DNA from: Corallochytrium limacisporum Hawaii | Taxonomy: Eukaryota; Protista; Pluriformea | Assembly (NCBI GenBank): GCA_002811645.1 | Contig: PDIP01000007.1 | Coordinates: 1 to 64,000, forward strand | Reading direction: 5' to 3' | Length of the DNA stretch: 64,000 nt | Part shown: positions 43,445 through 54,539 of the stretch, piece after piece | Layout: every line of letters starts with the position of its first letter | How positions within the stretch are numbered: the first letter of the stretch is position 1 | Program-made: the position numbers and the translations under genes | Notes under the pieces: generated by a model | Seen by the model: only the letters and a program-made list of their open reading frames with translations | Told to the model about the DNA's origin: nothing | Database searches by the model: none

Positions 43445-44467
43445 TCACTGTTTAAAGTTGATAGAGTATCCTCCGCCTTCGCCTTGTTGCATCTCAAAAT
43501 TGTCAGTAGATAGACCAAACATACCGAGGAACTTGTTGCCAATGTCCTTCAGCTGACCCATCATCTCTGTCTTCAGTCGCTCCTCCTCAGCAGCGGCAGC
43601 GGGAGCGATTGACCGGATTTTGGCGTCAATGCCTGGATAGGTCGGTTGATACTCCTTAACGGCCTTGTAGTCGCCAAGAGCATCAATGTACTTCTCTTGC
43701 CGTTCCTTGATGGCAGCGCGGCGCATTCGTGCCTTGACATGCTTCGGATCGTAGTGGATACATTGATCACAATCTTTCAAACAGCTCTCATCATCCTCCA
43801 GTCGGGCATGACAAGCGGCGCGGTTACCTAGATATATCGCAGCCTCCTTTTCGTAGAGCGTTGGTTCATGTCGCTTCGGAGGTTTACGATTCCCGGAGTT
43901 CGCCTTCTTCGGCATCTCAACGCCGTTGAAAGTGTCCTTCTTTGGGTCCTCATCGGATGTCGTCGATGTGGGTCCCGCATTGTGGCCACGTTCCTTCATC
44001 ATTTCCGCAAGTTCCTTGTCTAATTCTTCCATGTTTTCGGGTATTTTGTCCTTGGCAGCTTTTTCGTCTCCTTCCTCAATCTCTGCTGCAGCTGCAGATC
44101 CTGAGTCTGGTGCCTCGTCCTCATGCACATCTTTCGCCCTTGTGTCTTCTTCCTCTTTGGCCTTCTTCTCCTCTTCCTCCTCACGCTTGGCCTCTTCCGC
44201 GTCACGCTTCATGCGCTCTTCCCGTTCCTTGGCGAGAACGTCCTTCAACCCGTTCAAAGCTTGGGAATACAGATCTACGGCTTCCTCATAATCTCCTGCT
44301 TTGAAAGCTTCGTTACCTTTCACCTTGAGCGGTCGTGTCCGCTGCAGTAGAGGATCATCCGTGTCGTCCTCTGGCTTGACGTTCTTCTCTTCTTTAGCTT
44401 GGGGTTGCGGGACTGGTTCCGGCTGCGGCTCAACCCAGTCGTCCGGTAGCTCTTCGATCTCGGGCAT
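43445..44467 (-). CDS. TTC1: Tetratricopeptide repeat protein 1
   Basis: KGNEAFKAGDY, NRAACH, and C-terminal EMMGQLKDIGNKFLGMFGLSTDNFEMQQ…YSINF. Confidence 0.9.
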   Translation of the reverse strand: MPEIEELPDDWVEPQPEPVPQPQAKEEKNVKPEDDTDDPLLQRTRPLKVKGNEAFKAGDYEEAVDLYSQALNGLKDVLAKEREERMKRDAEEAKREEEEEKKAKEEEDTRAKDVHEDEAPDSGSAAAAEIEEGDEKAAKDKIPENMEELDKELAEMMKERGHNAGPTSTTSDEDPKKDTFNGVEMPKKANSGNRKPPKRHEPTLYEKEAAIYLGNRAACHARLEDDESCLKDCDQCIHYDPKHVKARMRRAAIKERQEKYIDALGDYKAVKEYQPTYPGIDAKIRSIAPAAAAEEERLKTEMMGQLKDIGNKFLGMFGLSTDNFEMQQGEGGGYSINFKQ

Positions 44468-45248
44468 GGTGCTTCTCCAGTTTCTTTAGGTTTTGACCAC
44501 TCAGCGATCCAATTCTCTGTACTTTGCTGGTATGTACTAATTTGTCTAATTTCTTTAAGTACGTATGCCCCTATGATGAATCACACTTTCAACGAACAAC
44601 AGGCAAACTCCATTGTACTCTGTTGTGTGTCCCTGCGCGTCAAATACCTCGAGTCTCCGGAGGTCTCCAAACTTCTCGGGCTGCCCACCGGGGCCAGGGG
44701 GTGCAGTCGAGCTGGCAGATTCAGCAGAGGATTAGGCGCCGACCCTTGGAAGGTCGAGAAAGTTGGGGGGGAGGGGGGAAGGGGACCCCTCCTTGCTGCA
44801 CAATTTTCCCTCTTGGCACAACTCCTGTGCAGTATTCTTGCTATGGAGCGAGGCCAGACCGTTTCGGTTCGAATGACGACCATGCTACCTCTTTGTGTTT
44901 TCATTGCGACACTTCGCACAAGGCTAAACGGCCAGTTGGGACTTGGTTGGAAACGCTTGGCTGTTGCGGCGCCATGTCGTTGCTCGTAGTGTGCCTTAGT
45001 CAGCTGACGTGTCTGATCGCAGAAGGTACATTAGAGGATAACTGTCGCCGGGATCACTGCTAGCAGTAGAATGGTGTATGCTACAAGAATACGATAGTAA
45101 CGCATCAACCCTTTCCTGCGATCACATGCGGATGTTGAGTCCAAACGGGATAAGAAGCCATCATGCTGTGTACGTGAGTGTGTTGAAGTAGGCTCAGGGC
45201 CACCTGATTTAATATTTATACTAGTGTATTGGTAACAAATAAAGTACC

Positions 45249-45980
45249 ATGGCATTCCCAGTCGGCAAGTTGGCGTATCTCATGGTACGCCAGCTAAGCA
45301 AGCCAGTGGCCAATACGATCAAGCAACAGGCCACACAACATCCCAGTTTCCGGCGCTTCTGCGTGGCTTTCGCCCAGCGCTACCATCGCTTGGAAATGAA
45401 CGTGAAGATCCGGTTCTTGGGACACTCACCGCGGGAGATTCCGGATCTGAGTGAGACTCGTGCTATCCAAGTCGGTGCGGAAGCAATTGGTGAACTAGTC
45501 GTATTCACTGTGGCGGGTGCAACAGTTATTTTAGAGTACAACAGAGGCAAATATAACGAACGCAAAAAGGAGAACGCAGAGCAGGAACGGATCGAAACGC
45601 TGGAAGAAACGATACGGCAGCAAGGGAACTCGATCCACCAGCTAGAGACGGTAGTGTTCGACTACAAGGAACTGCACGCCCAGCTACTGCATCAGTTGAA
45701 GATACAGCAGGCACAAGGGAAGATGCTCGACGTCCAAATGAGCGACCGATGGGACACAACGGCGGACATTGAGAACCAGGCACGACAGCACACAGTTCCT
45801 TCCACAACACATCCGAAAGGTAGCCAACACCATGATGGGTCGACATCTTCGAGCTCATCGTGGTGGTGGCCGTTCAGTCAACCGTTGATCAAAATGAGCA
45901 CACACACACCGCCGGTTGACGATGGCACAAGAGAGGGCAAGAAACCTGCTCCGGTGTCGGAGCGGGCACCGAAGAAGTAG
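45249..45980 (+). CDS. OPA3: OPA3-like mitochondrial protein
   Basis: AFPVGKLAYLMVRQLSKPVAN, GAEAIGELVVFTVAG…EY, followed by coiled coil. Confidence 0.9.
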   Translation: MAFPVGKLAYLMVRQLSKPVANTIKQQATQHPSFRRFCVAFAQRYHRLEMNVKIRFLGHSPREIPDLSETRAIQVGAEAIGELVVFTVAGATVILEYNRGKYNERKKENAEQERIETLEETIRQQGNSIHQLETVVFDYKELHAQLLHQLKIQQAQGKMLDVQMSDRWDTTADIENQARQHTVPSTTHPKGSQHHDGSTSSSSSWWWPFSQPLIKMSTHTPPVDDGTREGKKPAPVSERAPKK

Positions 45981-46127
45981 AACAGCTTTGCTCCCGTCTG
46001 TGCCATAGGGTCACATGTAAAAGATTTCGAATCACATATTAAATAAGATGGTTCCATGAATGTGTGTTTTCGTTTTATAACGATGCATGTGTTCTTCCAT
46101 GTTTCTTCTTGGAAATACCCCGATCTT

Positions 46128-46457
46128 CTAGTCCTTGGGAGGATCTTTTCCGTCCACAATATCCATTGCGGTGCCACCAACGGCATCCTTGTTATGCAGG
46201 AGAAACATTCCTAGCCACTCCACAGGATTAGGTGGCCGTTCCTTACCAACTCTTGATATTCCTTCAAGCAGGATCGGTACAACTGTACGGTCCAGGTACT
46301 GGCGAAGGGGCAAGGCGTTAAGGGGCACCTCGCCACCGGCGGTTTCCGCTGCTCCCTCTTCCTTCGCTGCAGCAACGGCTGCGTTCACAGTTGCCTCGTT
46401 GACGACATCTGTTGGGCCTTCCTTCTCAGCGGCACTGGGAGCACGACTATCTGGCAT
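46128..46457 (-). CDS. DPY30: Dpy-30 (COMPASS subunit)
   Basis: [18 protein letters not shown]…[10 protein letters not shown]. Confidence 0.9.
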   Translation of the reverse strand: MPDSRAPSAAEKEGPTDVVNEATVNAAVAAAKEEGAAETAGGEVPLNALPLRQYLDRTVVPILLEGISRVGKERPPNPVEWLGMFLLHNKDAVGGTAMDIVDGKDPPKD

Positions 46458-47642
46458 GTTTTACCCTATCTTTCTGTAGGCTAACTTGTGCTAAGCTGGC
46501 CCGTGTTTGCCATTCGCAGTTTTCACCAAGTCCAGCAGTCAAGTTGACAGCTGATTAGTACACCCATCCAATTACCTCAGCAATGGGTGGCGAGGACTGG
46601 TTCTCAAGTGACACAACTATCGTTGACTGTGTGAGCTGTTGAACTGCCCAAGGAAAACTCCGGACGACAGAAACTGTACCTACTGGGACACTTGTGGCTC
46701 CGGTACGTCCCTACGCGGGCCGGTGACCGTTCCACCCTTCAAGTTGCAAAGGGGCCCCCCTCACACAGTGAGAATTCCAGGGTACCACCCACACCTCTGA
46801 AGCCCCCTGGATTGGGGGGGGGGTTCATTGAGACTCCCGTGTGCAAATAAGGGTTTCAGTTTTAACGTGGGCGAAAGTAGCCGCACAATATGGACGAGGC
46901 GATCCCAAGCTGGCACGAACGGGCAAGAGTCGCTCACTCAATTCGGTGAAACAAAAACTTCAATGGGACGGATTTAGGAAACACACCTGGAAAAGCGACG
47001 CGGTATATTTATTATAGAATGCGTAGCACGATCGGAGGTCAGGCCCCCCCTCCCCCACCGTTTATTGAGCCAGTGCCAAGAAACGCAATGTGAAGAGACC
47101 ACTAAGCACACCACCTGAATAAATGTGGTACATTCAGTACTGAACCTTGCGGGTGAAGGATTTGACACAAGAGCCTCTCCCTCCGGTCCCTATCGCGGTT
47201 TCCACATGCCCCGGAGAGGGGGAGGGAAGAGGGAGTGGACCAGTTGTTACATTTTGGTCGCCCGAGCGCGTGGGGGGGGGGAGGGAGGCGGCCCAGTGGC
47301 TGTGGCTGTTGTGAAGGGGGAGGGCAGGGGCCAGAGGTCTCAAAGGTCGCGCACCAAACAGCCACGGAAGATTGGGAAGGAAGGGCCTGAGTGTTGAATC
47401 CCCAAAGAATGAGCATCCCGTGTAAAGGTGTTGTTTATGATCCAGGTGGGCTTTAGATTGTGTAACTTCCTTGAATGGGTTTGGCTGATTGACTGCTGTG
47501 ATTGAAGTTATTATCGTAGATGTAAGACAATGATAGTGTACTTAAAGGAAAGTGTGTTATGGATCGCTATGAGCCAAACGATGTCTACGTACAGACTGAT
47601 TCACACTATACATAGGGCTCGTAGACATAGTAGACGCCTACA

Positions 47643-50600
47643 ATGGTGGGAGTAAAAGCGTCCACGGCCGAGGATCTGGCCGTCGCATTGGCAGCAGCCA
47701 TCGTGACAGGAGACTCTGCGTCTGCGGTCACGGCCACTGTCACGGGAAACGGTTCTTACGCCGTCAACGGCGTAGCTGATCTCTCGTTTGCGACTGCAAT
47801 TCGGGCCATTGCTCGCACAAACTACCAGAAACTCTACGGAGAGGGTCCTACTCAGGCCTCTGAAACAGACACGTGGATCACCAAAGGTCCCCTGCTGGCA
47901 AAGCCTGGTAAGGACTACCAGACCGCACTCAAAGAACTTGAGACTCACCTGGAGATGCGCAACTTCCTTGTGAACATGGCGAGGCCTACCGTCGCAGATG
48001 TGGTCGTTTGGTGTGCTCTACGTACAAATCCTAGCTTTGCACGGGCCGTGGAATCTGCGGGATTCCAGAAGGGACAGCCAGCGGTCGCCCGGTGGTACCT
48101 TCATTGCAAGGCCCTGGAGCATTTCAGCACGGTGGAAGTGGTTTCTGCCGCGGCCGCCCCAGGTGCGGGTAAGGAAGGCAAAAAGACGAAGGGTGGCAAA
48201 GGTGACGCTGCAGCCGCTACGGCTGGTAGTACCGTGGGTGGAAGTGATCTAGAGAGGTACGCGGAACTCCCCGACGCGGAGATGGGCAAGGTTGTCGTGC
48301 GCTTCCCGCCAGAGGCGTCCGGTTACCTGCACATTGGTCACGCCAAGGCAGCACTGCTCAATGCCATGTACGCACGTCGCTATAAGGGCAAGTTAATCCT
48401 GCGTTTCGATGATACAAACCCCGTGAAGGAGAAAGAAGAGTTTGAGAATGCCATTTTGCATGATCTGAAGCTGTTGAAGATCACACCAGACGTTCATAAC
48501 CACACCAGTGATGTTTTCGATCTGCTGGCTGAGCTCTGTACTCGCATGATCAAGGAAGGCAATGCCTACGTTGATAACACTGACGTGGACACCATGCGTC
48601 AAGAACGAATGGACGGTATCGATTCAAAGAACCGCAATCTGTCCGTGGACGAGAACATGCGCCTTTGGGGTGAGATGCAGAAGGGCTCTGATGAGGGGTT
48701 GTCCTGCTGTGTGCGTGCTAAGATTGACATGCAGGCAAAGAACAAGGCAATGCGGGACCCTGTGTTGTACCGCTGCTCGCTCGAGCCTCATGTCCGCACC
48801 GGCACCAAGTACAAAGCGTACCCCACTTACGATCTAGCGTGCCCTATCACCGACTCCATTGATGGTGTCACACATGCCCTGAGAACTTCCGAGTACAATG
48901 ATCGAAACGATCAGTATTGGTGGATCCTTGATGCGCTCGGCATGCGTAAGCCTCTCATCGTGGACTACGCCCGTCTCAACATGGTCTACACTCTGCTCTC
49001 CAAGCGTAAATTGACATGGTTCGTTGAAAACGGTGTGGTCACGGGCTGGGACGATCCGCGCTTCCCTACGGTACGTGGTATCCGGCGCCGCGGTCTGACA
49101 GTTGAGGGTCTGACCGAGTTCATCGTCCAACAGGGCGCCAGCCGTTCTACCGTCCTCATGGAATGGGACAAGATCTGGGCTGTGAACAAGAAGGTCATAG
49201 ACCCAACGGCTCCTCGCTACAATGCCGTCCTCGGCAGAACTGTTCTCAATATTGTAGACGCCAAGGCTGAGACCGTTGAAGTCCCGCTACACAAGAAGTT
49301 CCCCGAGATGGGCACAAAGATGATGGCCCGCGGTCCCAACGTGCTTCTGGAGGCCGAGGATGCCAAGGATATTATGAACGGCGAAGAAATCACACTCCTA
49401 GACTGGGGTAACGTAGTAGTAGACAAGGTAGAGAAGGACACTGACGGTACTGTGAGCTCGCTGCAGGCCCATCTGAATCTCAGCGGTGATGTCAAGAAGA
49501 CCAAGAAGAAACTGCACTGGGTACTAGCCGATGAAGCCAACGAGACCCCCATGATTTTGCAAGAATTTGATCTTCTGATTACTAAGCCTAAAATTGAGGA
49601 GGGGGATGAGTTTTTGGACTACGTCAATGAGAACTCCAAACATGAGACTCCCATTATCGGCGAGCGTGCTCTAGGTTCCGTGAAGGAAGGCACCATTCTA
49701 CAGCTGCAGCGCCGCGGGTTCGTCATTGTGGATCGTGCCTACAATGCCAAATCCAAGGAGCCCATGGTGGTAATTCTCATCCCAGATGGCAAGACCAAGG
49801 GAATGAGCACCCTCAGCACCAAGGTACAGCCTATTGGTGGCCGTACTAAGGACAAGACCATCCATGCCCCTCCAGTGAAGGCCGAGAACAAGAATGAGGC
49901 TGTGCAGGCCAACGGTGGCGCAGTGGACTCCGACATGGAGGCCAAGATCGCTGCTCAGGGCAACAAGGTGCGCGAACTGAAGGCGGCGAAGGCTGATCCT
50001 GCCACCATCAAGGCAGAGGTGGCCAAACTGCTGGAGCTCAAGGCCTTGGCCGGTGTGAGCACTGGTGGCCGAGAGTCCAAAAAGAAGGGCAATAAGGATC
50101 AGGCTGCTGCCAACGGTGGCGCCGAAAAGCCCAAGGAGATTGACTTCAATTCACTGTCCCCTGAGGCCAAATCAGTTGCGGATGCTATTGCCGCAGACGC
50201 GGAAAAGGTTAAGAATTTACAGATCTCTGGCGGTGCCCAGGAAGAGGTCATGGCCCTGGTGAAAGAAATGAACACCAAGAAGGATAAGTTTAAGCAGATC
50301 ACTGGTATTGCCTACAAGGCTCCCAAGAAGAAGAAGGACAATGATGCCAACCTTACAGAGGAGGAGAAGGAGAAGCGTAAAGCGGAGAAGGAGGCCATTA
50401 AGAAGGCTCGTATGGAGGCGCAGAAAGCTGCAGAGAAGGAGCGGAAGAAGGAGAAGAAGGCCCAACAGAAGACAGTGTCCAAGGCCGCGTCAGGTGCTGC
50501 AGGTGCCTCTGGTGGTGAGACTGGCAACCAGGACGGCATCCAAAACCTGAAAGAGGGCGAGTTTGCGGAATGGTACCAGGAAGTCCTGACGAAGGCTGAG

Positions 50601-52082
50601 ATGCTTGAGTACTACGATATTTCGGGCTGCTACATCCTGCGTCCGTGGTCATACGAAATGTGGGAGATTGTCAAGACCTGGTTCGATGCCCGCATCAAGA
50701 CCATAGGTGTGAAAAACTGCTACTTCCCAATGTTTGTGAGCAAGGCTGCCTTGGAGAAGGAAAAGGATCACATCGACGACTTCTCTCCGGAGGTGGCCTG
50801 GGTGACACATAGTGGTCAGTCCCAGATGGAGGTGCCCATTGCTATCCGTCCCACCTCGGAGACCGTTATGTATCCCGTCTACAGCAAGTGGATCCGTTCT
50901 CACCGTGATCTGCCGTTGTTATTGAATCAGTGGAACAACGTCGTCCGTTGGGAGTTCAAGCATCCGCAGCCTTTCCTGCGTACTCGCGAGTTCCTGTGGC
51001 AGGAGGGCCATACTGCTCACCCAACATGGCAGTCCGCGGAAGCGGAAGTTTTGGTAATCCTTGACTGGTACCGCGGCATCTACGAGCAGCTTATGGCCGT
51101 CCCCGTCGTGCCCGGTCGCAAAACGGAGAAAGAGAAGTTTGCCGGTGGCCACCACACGACAACCGTCGAAGCCTACATCCCAGCCTCCGGCCGAGCAATC
51201 CAAGGTGGCACCTCCCACTGTCTCGGTGAGAACTTTAGCCGCATGTTCGACATTCGCTACGCGGACCCCACCAAGGCTGGCCAAGAAGACACCATGACCT
51301 ACGTTGTTCAGAACTCATGGGGTATTACGACTCGCACCATCGGTGTGATGGTCATGGTTCACGGTGACAACAAGGGCCTTGTGCTGCCTCCTCGGATGGC
51401 CTCTGTACAGGCCGTGATCATACCCTGTGGTATCACCGCAGCCATGTCCGAAGAAGACAAGAACAAGCTCCTAGACAAGTGCCACAGCCTGGCTAAGGAG
51501 CTCGCACCCGTAGCCAACAACGGCAACCCTGCTGCCGTGCCGAAAATTACCCGTGACTACCTCCGCGTCATCACGGACACCGCGGAACACGTCAGCCCCG
51601 GATGGAAGTTCAACCATTACGAAGTCAAAGGCGTGCCCGTCCGACTCGAGCTCGGTCCCCGTGACTTGGCAGCCAATCAAGTTTTGGCTGTGCGCCGTGA
51701 CACTGGAGAGAAGGTTGCGTTGAGCATGGATGGCCTTGCAGACTCCCTGGCCGAGCTTCTGGAAACGATGCAGGCCGACATGTTGGCACGTGCCACCAAG
51801 GAACGGGACGAGCGCGTGCTGGTGGTCGAAACCTGGCCCGAATTCATCAAAGCCCTGGAGCGCGGCTGTCTGTGCATAGTGCCCTGGTGCCGCCGCACAG
51901 AGTGTGAAGACGACATCAAGGATTCCTCCAAAGGTGCCGATGAGACTCCTGGCGCTCCATCTATGGGCGCCAAGTCCCTGTGTATTCCCTTCAAGCAACC
52001 CAAGGAGATCACGGCCGATTCCAAGTGTGTTAAGTGTGGTCAGAAGGCTTTAGTGTACTGCATGTTTGGGCGTAGCTATTGA
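47643..52082 (+). CDS. EPRS1: Bifunctional glutamyl-prolyl-tRNA synthetase
   Basis: GST-like N-terminus; GluRS RFPPEASGYLHIGH and LSKRKL; WHEP linker; ProRS IRPTSET, FLRTREFLWQEGH, C-terminal FGRSY. Confidence 0.97.
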   Translation: MVGVKASTAEDLAVALAAAIVTGDSASAVTATVTGNGSYAVNGVADLSFATAIRAIARTNYQKLYGEGPTQASETDTWITKGPLLAKPGKDYQTALKELETHLEMRNFLVNMARPTVADVVVWCALRTNPSFARAVESAGFQKGQPAVARWYLHCKALEHFSTVEVVSAAAAPGAGKEGKKTKGGKGDAAAATAGSTVGGSDLERYAELPDAEMGKVVVRFPPEASGYLHIGHAKAALLNAMYARRYKGKLILRFDDTNPVKEKEEFENAILHDLKLLKITPDVHNHTSDVFDLLAELCTRMIKEGNAYVDNTDVDTMRQERMDGIDSKNRNLSVDENMRLWGEMQKGSDEGLSCCVRAKIDMQAKNKAMRDPVLYRCSLEPHVRTGTKYKAYPTYDLACPITDSIDGVTHALRTSEYNDRNDQYWWILDALGMRKPLIVDYARLNMVYTLLSKRKLTWFVENGVVTGWDDPRFPTVRGIRRRGLTVEGLTEFIVQQGASRSTVLMEWDKIWAVNKKVIDPTAPRYNAVLGRTVLNIVDAKAETVEVPLHKKFPEMGTKMMARGPNVLLEAEDAKDIMNGEEITLLDWGNVVVDKVEKDTDGTVSSLQAHLNLSGDVKKTKKKLHWVLADEANETPMILQEFDLLITKPKIEEGDEFLDYVNENSKHETPIIGERALGSVKEGTILQLQRRGFVIVDRAYNAKSKEPMVVILIPDGKTKGMSTLSTKVQPIGGRTKDKTIHAPPVKAENKNEAVQANGGAVDSDMEAKIAAQGNKVRELKAAKADPATIKAEVAKLLELKALAGVSTGGRESKKKGNKDQAAANGGAEKPKEIDFNSLSPEAKSVADAIAADAEKVKNLQISGGAQEEVMALVKEMNTKKDKFKQITGIAYKAPKKKKDNDANLTEEEKEKRKAEKEAIKKARMEAQKAAEKERKKEKKAQQKTVSKAASGAAGASGGETGNQDGIQNLKEGEFAEWYQEVLTKAEMLEYYDISGCYILRPWSYEMWEIVKTWFDARIKTIGVKNCYFPMFVSKAALEKEKDHIDDFSPEVAWVTHSGQSQMEVPIAIRPTSETVMYPVYSKWIRSHRDLPLLLNQWNNVVRWEFKHPQPFLRTREFLWQEGHTAHPTWQSAEAEVLVILDWYRGIYEQLMAVPVVPGRKTEKEKFAGGHHTTTVEAYIPASGRAIQGGTSHCLGENFSRMFDIRYADPTKAGQEDTMTYVVQNSWGITTRTIGVMVMVHGDNKGLVLPPRMASVQAVIIPCGITAAMSEEDKNKLLDKCHSLAKELAPVANNGNPAAVPKITRDYLRVITDTAEHVSPGWKFNHYEVKGVPVRLELGPRDLAANQVLAVRRDTGEKVALSMDGLADSLAELLETMQADMLARATKERDERVLVVETWPEFIKALERGCLCIVPWCRRTECEDDIKDSSKGADETPGAPSMGAKSLCIPFKQPKEITADSKCVKCGQKALVYCMFGRSY

Positions 52083-52195
52083 GTCAGCAAGACTCAAGGA
52101 GTCCGACACGGTTCCCTTGTAGGCATAAGAAAGGGAACTTAATATACATTCCACTAGATCATCTATGTATCAATTTGTACTGTGAGCACGCATTC

Positions 52196-53413
52196 TCAGC
52201 TGAAGCGGTGCACATGGGTATCTACGAAAGCCCGCGCTGGACCGACTGCCTCGCTGGCCGACGGACCTCCGGGCAGGAGTGGACCATAGTCCATGACGTA
52301 CCCGGAGCGCACCATGGACGTGACGCAGGGCAAGAACAGGTCCATACCACTTGCACTGTCTTCAGGTTCTGTTCCGGCACGCGATCCTGATGCCGCTGGG
52401 GATGACCGCGACGCGAGATCGCACAGCGAGTTGCCAATAATGATCATATAGTCTTGTTTCCTGTTTCCTGTGCATGATGACGATGATGGTGATGACGAGG
52501 AAGGACCATTGCCCTGCTGTTCGTCCCAATTCACCGCCATCAACCGATCGTACAGCCGTGCCGGACAGTGGGGCATGTAGAAAACCGTCAACTCCTGCCG
52601 CTCCTTGCAGCATCGCTCGCCGCCCTCGTTGTGTGGAATGAAGGAAAGCCGGTCTCTACCACCATCCGCACTGTTACGCAGCTCGGTGTCGAGAAGCTCA
52701 AGCGCAGATAGTTCGCCCGCGGTTTGCATGGGATCGAAGAGTTCGATATCTATGCTTGGTTCGGTGGGACGTTCGGTCGGCGATGGTCCCTGGTTGGTAC
52801 CCCCACCATCTGGTTCGAGTTCGCACAGTACCTTCCTCAGTAAGGGTCGCAAGCAATCCACAAGAAAGGCCAGCTGCAGCGCCGGGAGTTCGGCCTTTGA
52901 AAAGCAACCAATTCCGTAGCCAACGATAACGATCCTGTGGCCGTCAATGATTTTCGACCGCCAGTCCGCAAGAGGCGCCCAAACTCCGCTTTGGTTGTTG
53001 CTTGCACCGTGTACTGCCCTGCGCAGGGCAATATCCACCCGTTTCCGCACCGAAAATAATGGATCCTCTCGAATATCGATCTGTGGAGTTGTCTCGTCCG
53101 TCGCCACACGTTGCCACCGACGGCGAGCACATCCGAGCGACTCCAAAGCATGCCGTGCCTCAGCACCGGTCGCTGGCAACGTCGACCGCGGATCCGTCCA
53201 TGCACTTCGCAGCAGTTCATCTGTCTGTCCAAGCGCGAGGCTCAAATTCAGACTCTGCGCAACGGAACGGATTGCCGTATTTGTGTCCGTGGTGTCAGAT
53301 TTCTGTGGTACCTGCTTCTGCTGGCTTTCATAGGCTTTACGGAACCGTTGCTTTTGTTTGCGACTAAGCACAAACTCAAAACCATCTGAATCTATCGGTC
53401 CTTTGTTACCCAT
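52196..53413 (-). CDS. SRRD: SRR1-domain protein (SRRD/Ber1-like)
   Basis: YGIGCFS…LQLAFL, FDP, VFYMPHCPARLYDRL…NW, IIGNS. First ATG at 53413. Confidence 0.8.
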   Translation of the reverse strand: MGNKGPIDSDGFEFVLSRKQKQRFRKAYESQQKQVPQKSDTTDTNTAIRSVAQSLNLSLALGQTDELLRSAWTDPRSTLPATGAEARHALESLGCARRRWQRVATDETTPQIDIREDPLFSVRKRVDIALRRAVHGASNNQSGVWAPLADWRSKIIDGHRIVIVGYGIGCFSKAELPALQLAFLVDCLRPLLRKVLCELEPDGGGTNQGPSPTERPTEPSIDIELFDPMQTAGELSALELLDTELRNSADGGRDRLSFIPHNEGGERCCKERQELTVFYMPHCPARLYDRLMAVNWDEQQGNGPSSSSPSSSSCTGNRKQDYMIIIGNSLCDLASRSSPAASGSRAGTEPEDSASGMDLFLPCVTSMVRSGYVMDYGPLLPGGPSASEAVGPARAFVDTHVHRFS

Positions 53414-53960
53414 GGCTTTCACTTTTAGTTTCTCGTTCCCTAAACCGATCTTGTTTGTGAACTACAAACCGAGTACGCTACCCAGGCTCGTGCACTTTCA
53501 TGCTGTTGATATCAGTGGTGTGAGCCATCGTTATCAAATTTCGTCTCCGTTTCGTTGATGCTATAGTTCTTCACACAAAGTCTCGATTCTTTACATCCTG
53601 GTCGCAAACTGCCAAAGTCATGATAAAAACGGTGGCGTCATTTCAACTGATGGCTCTGAAGTACCCAGAGCAGCCCTATCACCCGCCACGCGGGGAACGG
53701 AGGGAGGGACGGAAGGGAAGCTGCGAAAGGGAGGACTGGGGGAGGGGAAGAGGTGCACTGCCATGGGAGCGAGTGTCCGGCCAGGACAGTCTCTGTCGTC
53801 TCCGTTCGGACGGGTACTTTTTCGCGAGCACTGGCCAGAGCAGATTAGCGGTCTAAATAGTCTTTGTCCTTCGCATCTCAATATGTAACTGGTCAATTCC
53901 AATATGAAGTCATAAAGCACTGTTCTGAGGGAGAACAAAGCGCTATATTTACAGCCGGAT

Positions 53961-54539
53961 ATGGAGATCAAATCCATTGCAGACCTGGACCGCGATCCTT
54001 GGTGGGGCCGGGCAGCGGATCTGCTGAACTCGGAGTGGCCACGCTCCAAGAGCACTCGAATAGCTTCATTGGAGCGCATAGTTTCTGGGAATGGTGCGGA
54101 TCATGGCCTACCGGCTGCCTGGGTTGGTATCATAGAAGGAGAGGTGGTTGCATTTACGCAACTTTCGCCTACCACTGGCACTGCAGGTGATGGTGAGGTG
54201 AAGATCACCACATGTGCCATCATGGAAAACCTGGTCGTGTCCAAGTCTAAGCGTGGCCAGAAATTGGGAAAAGGTATGCTAGAATTTGCAGAGGATCACT
54301 GTCGACGTCACGCAGTTGGCCGCTTACAGCTCTCCACAACGACTGCGGAAGACTTCTACCGCCGCTGCGGCTATATCGACGGTGCGCGGGATGTGCAGCC
54401 ACGGAACAAAGTATTAGCACGCTTTGGGCGCGGAGATGGAGGGACTGGTGACGCCGTACCCGCATTTTTGCAGCAGGGCACCGAGAGCTCTGGATTGACT
54501 AACGAGAACAGAGCGTGGCTAATGAAAGATCTCTTATGA
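53961..54539 (+). CDS. NAA80: GNAT N-acetyltransferase, NAA80 (actin N-terminal acetyltransferase)-like
   Basis: AADLLNSEWPRSKSTRIASL, VVSKSKRGQKLGK, LST…FYRRCGY, C-terminal WLMKDL. Confidence 0.75.
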   Translation: MEIKSIADLDRDPWWGRAADLLNSEWPRSKSTRIASLERIVSGNGADHGLPAAWVGIIEGEVVAFTQLSPTTGTAGDGEVKITTCAIMENLVVSKSKRGQKLGKGMLEFAEDHCRRHAVGRLQLSTTTAEDFYRRCGYIDGARDVQPRNKVLARFGRGDGGTGDAVPAFLQQGTESSGLTNENRAWLMKDLL

